DNA of 24,000 nucleotides from assembly GCA_043673815.1 (NCBI GenBank), contig JBIMKD010000272.1:1-24000 (forward strand). The letters are read 5' to 3'. Position numbers and translations under genes: made by a program. Positions within the stretch are counted from its first letter, which is position 1; every line of letters starts with the position of its first letter. Below, one piece after another: positions 8,975-16,077 of this stretch. This DNA comes from Chromatiales bacterium. GTDB taxonomy: Bacteria > Pseudomonadota > Gammaproteobacteria > JACCXJ01. The notes under the pieces are model-generated. The model saw nothing but the letters and a program-made list of their open reading frames with translations, had not been told where the DNA came from and did no database searches.

Positions 8975-11254
8975 CTAAAATTCGTTCTCGTACCCGGGAA
9001 TGCTCCGTTTTAGATAACTGGTGGTGCTGCGCCCAAAGCCGGCCAGCCCCTTGAGCTCGATCTGAACGAAAAACGCGTTGTCGAACTCCCCCGTGTCGCT
9101 GCTCACGAACCGCCGCGCCACCGTGCGGACACCCCAGCAGCAACTGTTGTACTCAAATCCTCCGGCGACCTCGACAGTGTCCTCGACATCCAAGGAATAG
9201 GTCCACTTACCGATGACGCTCCAATTCGGATCTAGCGGCCAACGAAACGCCAGATCGGTCTGCTCGATGAGAGTATCACCGAGACCGCGGATATTGCGGT
9301 TGATGCGATAATCGGCGTTCACGATGGTGTCGGGATCGGGACCATAACGCAACCCGATGAGGCCTTTTTCGACAGTCCCGTCGTTGGGGTCCAAGAACAG
9401 ATCCCCCCGCGCACTGAGACCATTGGGTAACCGGGTCGTGAGCTCCGCGAGGAAATTCGACACCGAAACGGTATCCGCCCCGTCGGTGGGCAAGTTGACA
9501 CGGCGATCCTCGAAATAAAAGATCTGGCCCACGCTCGCGCGCAGATGTTCCCAGCCCGTATAGCGATTTATGATCCTGGAAGTGACCGCGACCGCAGTCT
9601 GGTTTGCGTCGCCGAGACGGTCGGGGCCGCTGAACCGGTTTTCGCGAAATAGTTGCGCAAAGGAAATGTCGTATTGTCCGGTATCAAAAACAGGCAGATC
9701 ATCCTGATCCTGCTCGGGGACGTAAAGATAGAAGATCCGCGGTTCAAAGGTTTGCACGGCCGGCAGCGCCGCGAAATCAAGGTCGCGTTCAAATACGAGC
9801 CCGCTATCCAGGCTCACGATCGGCAGGGTCCGGCTAGGGCGATTATCCGCCCCAGCGGTGTTTTCGAGGTAATACTGAGTATGCTCGAGGCTCACCCGAG
9901 GCACGAGAAACCCCCCCGCGCCGTGCACCGGGTAGCTGATGACCGGTTTGAGGTCGATACGGCCGCCGATGACCCCCTCGTCGCGGTCAAAATAGGTGGC
10001 TTGCCCGAAAAATTCGAGGTTGATTTCCCGGTCGCGCGCGGGCAGGCGGGTGGAAAAAAAGATCTGCGGTAGCCGGTCGTAAGGCCGGTTCTCGACCGGA
10101 ATGGTGGAATCAACGGTTTGAAACCCCTGTAAACGGCCGAATATATTGAAGTAATCGCCGCGGTAGCTGATGTCGGCGCGCTGTGGAAGATAGCGCGTGC
10201 TCCTGACGGCAAGATTGCTTCCGAAGTCTTCGAAGTATTCCGAATCGGACACCCGGTTGTAGGTCAGAAAAGCGTGACCGCGCCGGCGCGCAAAATCTTG
10301 CTCATGGGTAAATGCAACCAGCGACCGGCTCTCGTCCTCGAAGCCGGCGTCCGAGGGCAGATACTCAAAATCAAGCTCTCCCCCGCCGCTTTGCAGGAGG
10401 TAACGGTATTGGCCCCCGAGCATCACGCCGCGGTTGGAAAGTATCCGAGGCTGGAAGGTTGCATCGTGTTGGGGCGCGATGTTCCAATAGTAGGGGGTGC
10501 TCAGGTCGAACCCGCTTTCCGAAGTGCTTCCCACCGTCGGCGGTAAGAAACCCGTTTTGCGCTTGTCGCTGATCGGGAAGGTGATATACGGCAGATAGAA
10601 TACCGGTGTCTCCCGCACCCGCAGCACCACGTGCTCAGCCTCGCCCCATTCCTCGTTATGATCCAGTTTCATGCGCTTAGCCGCGAGCTGCCAGTCCGGT
10701 GTCTTGCCGCCACACGTGGTGTAATCGACGTCCTTAAGCTGTGTGACATTCTCCCGCGTGTCGAGCTTGATGATGCGCGCGCCTCCGCGCCCGCGCCGTT
10801 GCAGCAATCGATACTCGCCATATTCAAGATGGGCGCGGTCGTTGGCGAGATCGAGGCGGCCGTATTTCCCCGACCAAAACAAAGCCGGATCCCACAGGAG
10901 CAGATGACCTTCGGCCTCAATGACGGCCTGACCGCGCTCGTAAGTGAGGAGATCCGCAACCACCGCTTGTTGCTCGCGGACCAAAGAGACACCACCCACG
11001 AATGTCGACACATTCTCCTCCAGGACCTCCACCCGGTCGGCCGTCACCTCAATCGACCCCAATTTATACGCCGCCGGATTTTGGGGAGGACGGTCCGGAA
11101 TCTTCGGATCGGCCTTGCAAAGGGCATAGCGCGGATCTTCAAGCTCCGGCGGGCCGGCCGCGGCTAGCGATGGAGCAGCGCACACTACGATCAAGACAGC
11201 CAGTAGCGCAGACCTTTTGAGCGCGGGTATTCGAGCGAGCGCGTGCAAACTCAT
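8975..11254 (-). CDS. lptD: LPS-assembly protein LptD
   Basis: 759 aa; OstA-like N-terminal domain, then NDQGSFEL-class beta-barrel region ending GVRTVARRFVSSDTGEFDNAFFVQIELKGLAGFG; adjacent to surA as in many gammaproteobacteria. Confidence 0.95.
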   Translation of the reverse strand: MSLHALARIPALKRSALLAVLIVVCAAPSLAAAGPPELEDPRYALCKADPKIPDRPPQNPAAYKLGSIEVTADRVEVLEENVSTFVGGVSLVREQQAVVADLLTYERGQAVIEAEGHLLLWDPALFWSGKYGRLDLANDRAHLEYGEYRLLQRRGRGGARIIKLDTRENVTQLKDVDYTTCGGKTPDWQLAAKRMKLDHNEEWGEAEHVVLRVRETPVFYLPYITFPISDKRKTGFLPPTVGSTSESGFDLSTPYYWNIAPQHDATFQPRILSNRGVMLGGQYRYLLQSGGGELDFEYLPSDAGFEDESRSLVAFTHEQDFARRRGHAFLTYNRVSDSEYFEDFGSNLAVRSTRYLPQRADISYRGDYFNIFGRLQGFQTVDSTIPVENRPYDRLPQIFFSTRLPARDREINLEFFGQATYFDRDEGVIGGRIDLKPVISYPVHGAGGFLVPRVSLEHTQYYLENTAGADNRPSRTLPIVSLDSGLVFERDLDFAALPAVQTFEPRIFYLYVPEQDQDDLPVFDTGQYDISFAQLFRENRFSGPDRLGDANQTAVAVTSRIINRYTGWEHLRASVGQIFYFEDRRVNLPTDGADTVSVSNFLAELTTRLPNGLSARGDLFLDPNDGTVEKGLIGLRYGPDPDTIVNADYRINRNIRGLGDTLIEQTDLAFRWPLDPNWSVIGKWTYSLDVEDTVEVAGGFEYNSCCWGVRTVARRFVSSDTGEFDNAFFVQIELKGLAGFGRSTTSYLKRSIPGYENEF

Positions 11255-11330
11255 CTTAGGACAACCGGCGGCAGTGTGCTGGTATGATAACTACAAAACC
11301 GGGGCGGATCGCGGCGCCAGCCCGCGAAGT

Positions 11331-11460
11331 CAATATAGATTTCGCCACCACGGGGTATGCAACCCCGTGGGGCGACCAATGGGGAGAGCTGCGCCTCTCC
11401 CCTTTGGAAACCCCATCGCTAAGGTCCCCGCGGCAAGACCGCGGCGAATAGATTTCAGCG
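11331..11460 (-). repeat. Copy A of a multi-hairpin element upstream of lptD
   Basis: Minus strand CCGCGG-TCTTG-CCGCGG, conserved linker ACCTTAGCGATGGGGTTTCCAAA, GGGGAGAG...CTCTCCCC and CCACGGGGT-TGCAT-ACCCCGTGG hairpins; matches 18381..18484 plus strand. Confidence 0.65.
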
Positions 11461-11542
11461 TAATACGGGCGGGCGCGGAAGGCCAAGCAGGGGTCGCAGG
11501 CGGTAGACATCGGGAGTTCATGGTAAAGAGCGAGGAGGTGTT

Positions 11543-11611
11543 ATGGCAAGCGATCCCACGGCGAAGTGGATCCTCGATCGCGCGCTGGAGGCGCTTTTGG
11601 TGCGCCCATGA
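11543..11611 (+). CDS. Candidate 22-codon small ORF translationally coupled to the FAH-family gene
   Basis: GAGGAGGTGTT then ATG...; translates to MASDPTAKWILDRALEALLVRP* with an ATGA overlap onto the next start at 11608. Purely positional evidence. Confidence 0.35.
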   Translation: MASDPTAKWILDRALEALLVRP

Positions 11612-12474
11612 AGTTGGTCACCTTTACCCACATGGGGGAGACGCGCATCGGCGTCGCCTCCGGCACCTACGTCTATGCGATCGGGTCGATCCCCGGTTAT
11701 CCGCGCGAGATGACGGAGCTGCTCGCGGCCGGGCAAGCGTTATTGGGCGATCTCGCCGGCCGCATCGAGCGTCAGTGCGAACGCATCGCGCTCGCGGACA
11801 TCCATCTCGAAGCGCCGCTGCTCCGGCCCCCCAAGTTTCTGGCGATCGGCTTGAATTATGCCGACCACATCACAGAGAAGGGCGGGTCGCGGCCAGCCTT
11901 TCCGACCATTTTCAACAAACAGTCGACCTGCGCGAACGGCCCCTACGACCCAATCCATAAACCCGGCGTCTCGGAGCAAGTGGACTACGAAGGCGAGCTA
12001 GGATTCGTGATCAGGCGCCGCTGCCGGCACGTGCCCGCGGCCCGGGCGCCGGAAGTGATTGCGGGTTATCTGATCGTGAACGATGTGTCGGTGCGCGATT
12101 GGCAAGCGCGCTCGCCGACGCTGACGCTAGGGAAGTCGTTCGACACGCATGGGCCCATCGGTCCGTGGATCGTGACCCCCGATGAGATCGGCGATCCTCA
12201 CGCGCTTGATGTCCGCACTTATGTCAACGGGGAACCGCGGCAAGCGTTCAACACGCGCGACATGATCTGGAACTGCTACCGCTTGGTCGAGCTGCTGTCG
12301 ACGGTTTTCACCTTGGAGCCCGGCGATGTCATATCCACGGGCACCGGGCGGGGTGTGGGGATGCGTCGCGACCCGCCCTCGTTCCTGCAGCCGGGCGATG
12401 TCGTGCGCATCGAGATCGAAGCGATTGGCGCTATCGAGAACCGCGTGATCGAAGAACCCGAGATTTTGTTTTAA
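11608..12474 (+). CDS. Fumarylacetoacetate hydrolase family protein
   Basis: MKLVTFTHMGETRIGV..., PPKFLAIGLNYADHI, DYEGELGFVI, NDVSVRDWQ, SFDTHGPIGPWIVTPDEI, GDVISTGTGRGVG. Track start at 11566 is probably upstream of the real start. Confidence 0.93.
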   Translation: MKLVTFTHMGETRIGVASGTYVYAIGSIPGYPREMTELLAAGQALLGDLAGRIERQCERIALADIHLEAPLLRPPKFLAIGLNYADHITEKGGSRPAFPTIFNKQSTCANGPYDPIHKPGVSEQVDYEGELGFVIRRRCRHVPAARAPEVIAGYLIVNDVSVRDWQARSPTLTLGKSFDTHGPIGPWIVTPDEIGDPHALDVRTYVNGEPRQAFNTRDMIWNCYRLVELLSTVFTLEPGDVISTGTGRGVGMRRDPPSFLQPGDVVRIEIEAIGAIENRVIEEPEILF

Positions 12475-12480
12475 AAAGAA

Positions 12481-12549
12481 GCTCTTCCGCAGAATTTGTC
12501 AGTGGAGAGACTGTCTGGCAATGATCGCATGATAATCTAGGTGTGTTTA
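12481..12549 (+). repeat. Copy 2 of a ~70-nt interspersed repeat (GCTCTTCCGCAGAATTT...)
   Basis: Begins 6 nt after the FAH-family stop codon; matches minus strand 1144..1075. Confidence 0.75.
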
Positions 12550-12608
12550 TTTGGGCCTGGCCACGAGTTTTCGGGTTCGAGATTTCGAGGCAAGGTAAGT
12601 GCGCCACG

Positions 12609-12651
12609 GTTAACTCCCTCTCCCACCGGGAGAGGGCAGGGGTGAGGGGAT
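12609..12651 (+). repeat. Left arm of a 43-bp inverted repeat, itself containing a palindromic CCCTCTCCC-GGGAGAGGG core
   Basis: GTTAACTCCCTCTCCCACCGGGAGAGGGCAGGGGTGAGGGGAT; reverse complement of 12918..12960 with 2 mismatches. Confidence 0.9.
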
Positions 12652-12661
12652 AGAGAGACCG

Positions 12662-13020
12662 ATGAACAGTCTGGCCCGGGCGCTGCGGAAGAATTCGACC
12701 GAGGCGGAGCGGTGCTTGTGGAGTCGATTGCGCGCTCGACGGCTCGACGGCGTCAAGTTTCGACGTCAACGGTCCTTGGCCCCTACGTCGTGGATTTCCT
12801 CTGCTTGGAGCCCAAAGATGTCATCGAGGTCGATGGTGGCCAGCATGTCGAGCAGGTCTCGAACGACTTGCGACGGACTGAATATCTCAAGGTATTGGGT
12901 TATCACGTGTGGTTGAGATCCCCTCACCCCCGCCCTCTCCCGGCGGGAGAGGGAGTTAACGGAATACCCATAGATTCTGCCGAGGAGCCCAAAAAAGCAT
13001 CGACCGGATTTTTTTCCTAA
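12662..13020 (+). pseudogene. DUF559-family (Vsr/endonuclease-like fold) protein, frameshifted and C-terminally truncated
   Basis: Frame 2 reads MNSLARALRKNSTEAERCLWSRLRARRLDGVKFRRQ; continuation in frame 1 reads VLGPYVVDFLCLEPKDVIEVDGGQHVEQVSNDLRRTEYLKVLGYHVW, then runs into repeat-encoded sequence. Confidence 0.82.
12918..12960 (-). repeat. Right arm of the 43-bp inverted repeat
   Basis: ATCCCCTCACCCCCGCCCTCTCCCGGCGGGAGAGGGAGTTAAC; pairs with 12609..12651. Confidence 0.9.
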
Positions 13021-13093
13021 AGAAGCTCTGCAAAGGTGTCGCGAGCAAGCCCAGATGCGCGAAGCCGCGGAGCGAGTCGCGAGACATATCGCT

Positions 13094-13147
13094 CGCCTTC
13101 AGCGGCGCGGCGCTTTTTGCCGCGTCTGCTGCAAGGCGTTGTTAGGC
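13094..13147 (-). mobile_element. attC-like integron recombination site, lacking the outer GTTRRRY box beyond its G
   Basis: Minus strand GCCTAAC-AA-CGCCTTGCAGCAGACGCGGCAAAAAGCGCCGCGCCGCTGAAGGCG: RYYYAAC box, CGCCTT/AAGGCG, CAGC/GCTG and CGCGGC/GCCGCG pairings with an unpaired central spacer and an extrahelical base. Confidence 0.7.
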
Positions 13148-13717
13148 ACATTCACAGGACGATTGACATTTACCCTTGGTGCGCGGGTGATGGTCGGCGA
13201 TTTCACCCGACGGCGACAGTTCAACATGGCAGCAGGCAAGCACTCCGTCTTTGAGCATTTTGCGTCCGCGGCTTGCTCTGCTCTTTACAGCAGGTACGGA
13301 TAAGCTCAGCTCGGAGGCTACTGCTCGCATGCTTTTGCCTTGAAACTCCGTGCCCAACAGAACATCTCGATAGATGCCGGGCAGTTGCCGGGCCAGTGGC
13401 AATAGACAAGTTGACAGTGCTTGCAGCGACGAACTCTCTTCGGCCGTCTCCGCCGCCAAGTCCTCCAGTTCGCTCATCAAACGCTTGGCCCGGTAGTGAT
13501 CGATCAGTACATTGCGGGCAATCGTGTGGAGCCATGCCGCCATTTTTTCCGACGACCTGGCAGTTTGGCCGGAAGCCAGCGCCCTGAGAAAGACGGTGTG
13601 CAACAAGTCTTCCGCGATTGCAGCGTCTTCAACGCGCCTCCGCAAATAACTGAGCAGACCGTTTCGCAGTGTCCTGTATGAGGCTGCGATTTCATCACGG
13701 GACGCTGGCTCCGACAT
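13142..13717 (-). CDS. RNA polymerase sigma-70 family (ECF, SigZ-like) factor with Cys-rich C-terminus
   Basis: From MSEPASRDEIAASYRTLRNGLLSYLRRRV...AEDLLHTVFLRAL...MAAWLHTIARNVLIDHYRAKR...LSVPAVKSRASRGRKMLKDGVLACCHVE...CQSSCECA. Track ORF begins at 13948, inside arsI; start at 13717 is more plausible. Confidence 0.88.
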   Translation of the reverse strand: MSEPASRDEIAASYRTLRNGLLSYLRRRVEDAAIAEDLLHTVFLRALASGQTARSSEKMAAWLHTIARNVLIDHYRAKRLMSELEDLAAETAEESSSLQALSTCLLPLARQLPGIYRDVLLGTEFQGKSMRAVASELSLSVPAVKSRASRGRKMLKDGVLACCHVELSPSGEIADHHPRTKGKCQSSCECA

Positions 13718-13727
13718 GTTCTGCCCC

Positions 13728-14234
13728 TCAACCACAACAGGCACCAGCCGCAGGCCCTTCACTGTTGGGAATGCAACACGCAGTCTTTGCCTGTGCGCCG
13801 TCCTGTGTCGAAGCGTTGACCGGAATGCAACAGGCTCCAGTTTGATTGGCAGTGTCTTGGCCGAACTCCTTTGCTTCGAACATGGTGTGAAAGTGTTCCC
13901 AAGCCAAGCCTTGAGGGTCAACCGTCCAGTGCTTTTCGCTGTTCGCATAGCAGCAGGCGGTCTCGCCCTGATCCAGGACTTGCCCGTCGGACGCGGCCTC
14001 CGCCAACGCCTTCAAAGACTTCAATTCCTCTGGTGAATCGGCCTGGAATCCGAAGTGATTCAGACCGACCGCGTGGCACCGTGAGGAAATGGCGAAGTTT
14101 ACGCGCGGATCCTCCAGCATCCACTTTGCGTAATCGTTCCGCTCCACGGATGGGGACTGCCCAAAGAGTTTGCTGTAAAACACGATGCTCTGACTGAGGT
14201 CCCTTACGGCGACGTGTGCATGAAAGCGTTTCAT
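13728..14234 (-). CDS. arsI: ArsI/CadI family VOC metalloenzyme (C-As lyase-like)
   Basis: 168 aa VOC fold; MKRFHAHVAVRDLSQSIVFYSKLFG, LNHFGFQ, QGETACCYANSEKHWTVDPQGLAWEHFHT with vicinal CC, extra ACCIP/TACCIP/GACCG tail; GGAGG ribosome-binding site. Confidence 0.9.
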   Translation of the reverse strand: MKRFHAHVAVRDLSQSIVFYSKLFGQSPSVERNDYAKWMLEDPRVNFAISSRCHAVGLNHFGFQADSPEELKSLKALAEAASDGQVLDQGETACCYANSEKHWTVDPQGLAWEHFHTMFEAKEFGQDTANQTGACCIPVNASTQDGAQAKTACCIPNSEGPAAGACCG

Positions 14235-14420
14235 TGCTTACCTCCGGCGAGTGATGAGCGTCCACACGGACGCACAGGTATAGACGGAGCACCTCGCGAA
14301 AGGTCGCAAAGAATCATCGTGAGCGGTTGTGCCTAACAGGTAGATAGGCAAGCGACGAGCGAGCACGCGACAAAGCAGATGGGCTGCGCAGTAACTCTTG
14401 CCGAGTTTCCGAAAGCGATA

Positions 14421-15791
14421 TTATCGGTCGCTGCCGCTCGCCAAGGCTTGCAAAAGCTTTTGGTGGAGCCCGCCGAAGCCGCCATTGCTCATTATAAGCA
14501 CCTGATCGGCCGGTTGGGCGAGCGCAAGGATCCTGGCCACGATGGCGTCGAGATCCTGGAGCAGAATCCGTTTACTCCCGAGGCTACGCGTCTGCCCGGC
14601 TAGATCCCAGCCGAGGTTGGGTGGACAATAAAAAAGCGCGAAATCCGCCTTGCTGAACGCATCTGCGAGGGACGCGGCATGGGCACCCAGGCGCCTGGAA
14701 TTGGAACGCGGTTCAAACACCGCAATGATCCGCGACGATCCGACTCTCTGGCGCAAGGCCGAAACGGTGGCGCGGATCTCCGTGGGATGATGCGCGAAAT
14801 CGTCATACACCGACACACCGCGGAGGACCGCAAGCTGTTCCAGTCGGCGTTTGACACCGGCAAAGCTCGACAAGGCGCGGATAGCCACATCGGGCGCCAC
14901 ACCCGCATGCCGCGCGGCGGCCAAAGCGGCGAGCGCGTTGAGCGCATTATGCTGTCCGAGCAGCCCCCAGATGACCCGCCCGAACGGATGGCCTTCGATC
15001 ATGACATCGAATGCGCTGAAATCCGCGGCCACGTCTCGAAAACCCCATTGCGGTACCCGATCCCCTCCGAAGGTCTCTACGGGCGTCCAGCACCCCATCG
15101 TCAGCACCTCGTCGACCACCGTGTCCGGGGCCGGCCGGATGAGCAACCCTCGACCGGGTATGATGCGGATCAGGTGGTGAAACTGGCGCTTGATTGCGTC
15201 CAGATCGGGGAAGATATCTGCATGGTCAAATTCGATATTGGTGATCACCAAGGTGCGCGGACGGTAGTGGATGAACTTGGACCGCTTATCAAAAAACGCC
15301 GTGTCGTATTCATCCGCCTCCACCACGAAGCAGCGGCCGCTGCCGAGCCGGGCGGTCACATTGAAATTCAAGGGCACCCCACCGATGAGAAACCCCGGCG
15401 CATGACCCGCATCCTCCAAGATCCAGGCCAGCATGCTGGCGGTTGTCGTTTTGCCGTGGGTGCCGGACACGGCAAGCACCCAGCGATCCTGCAGCACCTG
15501 CTCGGCTAGCCATTGCGGCCCCGACCGATAGGCCAAGCCTTCATTAAGGAGGTATTCGATGCAAGCATTACCGCGGGAGAGTGCGTTGCCGACGACCACC
15601 AGATCGGGCGCGGGATCGAGGCTAGAGGCGCGATATCCGTCCGTTAGCTTGACACCGCTTTGCTCAAGCTGAGTGCTCATCGGCGGGTAAACGCCCTGAT
15701 CCGAGCCGGCGACTTCGTGCCCGAGCTCGCGCGCAATGCGGGCGATCCCGCCCATGAAGGTGCCGCATACGCCGAGAATATGGATTTTCAC
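14421..15791 (-). CDS. mpl: UDP-N-acetylmuramate:L-alanyl-gamma-D-glutamyl-meso-diaminopimelate ligase
   Basis: VKIHILGVCGTFMGGIARIARELGHEVAGSDQGVYPPMSTQLE..., VSGTHGKTTTASMLAWILEDAG, EADEYDTAFFDKRSKFIHYRP, DDFAHHPTEIRATV. GTG start at 15791 preferred over track start 15848. Confidence 0.95.
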   Translation of the reverse strand: MKIHILGVCGTFMGGIARIARELGHEVAGSDQGVYPPMSTQLEQSGVKLTDGYRASSLDPAPDLVVVGNALSRGNACIEYLLNEGLAYRSGPQWLAEQVLQDRWVLAVSGTHGKTTTASMLAWILEDAGHAPGFLIGGVPLNFNVTARLGSGRCFVVEADEYDTAFFDKRSKFIHYRPRTLVITNIEFDHADIFPDLDAIKRQFHHLIRIIPGRGLLIRPAPDTVVDEVLTMGCWTPVETFGGDRVPQWGFRDVAADFSAFDVMIEGHPFGRVIWGLLGQHNALNALAALAAARHAGVAPDVAIRALSSFAGVKRRLEQLAVLRGVSVYDDFAHHPTEIRATVSALRQRVGSSRIIAVFEPRSNSRRLGAHAASLADAFSKADFALFYCPPNLGWDLAGQTRSLGSKRILLQDLDAIVARILALAQPADQVLIMSNGGFGGLHQKLLQALASGSDR

Positions 15792-16077
15792 GCCGTGGAC
15801 GCCGGAAAGTATCGCCGGCCGCTCCGGGATGAGCACCAGGACATCCAAAAAAGTGGGGTAACGACGCGAGACATCGGCACGTGAATGGGCCTGAGGGGTA
15901 TTTTAGTTGCGGTGTCTATCATAAACTGCGCAGTGCGCGCAGGCTATGTCAGCACCGGGCTATGACAGAGGGTGGATAAGCCGCGTCTAAGAGAACTATA
16001 ACTTCGCGGTTTTCGCGGGCGCTTTCAGGTGGCCTCGCGATTTACGCTACGATACGACGACTCGAGGAGGACAACAC

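Larger units (their letters stand above)
13094..14337 (-). mobile_element. Candidate solitary integron-type gene cassette carrying arsI and a sigma factor
   Basis: Minus strand 5' boundary G|TTAGGC at 14337..14331; 3' boundary is the attC-like site ending G at 13094, consistent with cleavage at G|TTRRRY. Confidence 0.6.

Noticed and set aside
9653-10072. Plus-strand ORFs antisense to lptD (including 10631..11167)
   Set aside because: GC-driven shadow ORFs over a conserved essential gene.
11217-11960. 247-aa plus-strand ORF overlapping the lptD start and the FAH-family gene
   Set aside because: Low-complexity Arg/Ala/Pro composition, spans the palindromic element and lies out of frame over a clearly identified enzyme; typical high-GC shadow ORF.
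12431-12769. 112-aa minus-strand ORF whose peptide resembles the 1017..1232 ORF (LSC..CQTVSPLT / LSCRYCQIVSSLT)
   Set aside because: Peptide similarity is a by-product of the shared 70-nt DNA repeat; no start or RBS context and not conserved beyond the repeat.
14331-14400. Possible second, complete attC upstream of the GTTAGGC boundary
   Set aside because: Sequence before GTTAGGC on the minus strand (CGTCGCTTGCCTATCTACCT) does not pair into an attC-type hairpin, so I treat it as flanking target DNA.
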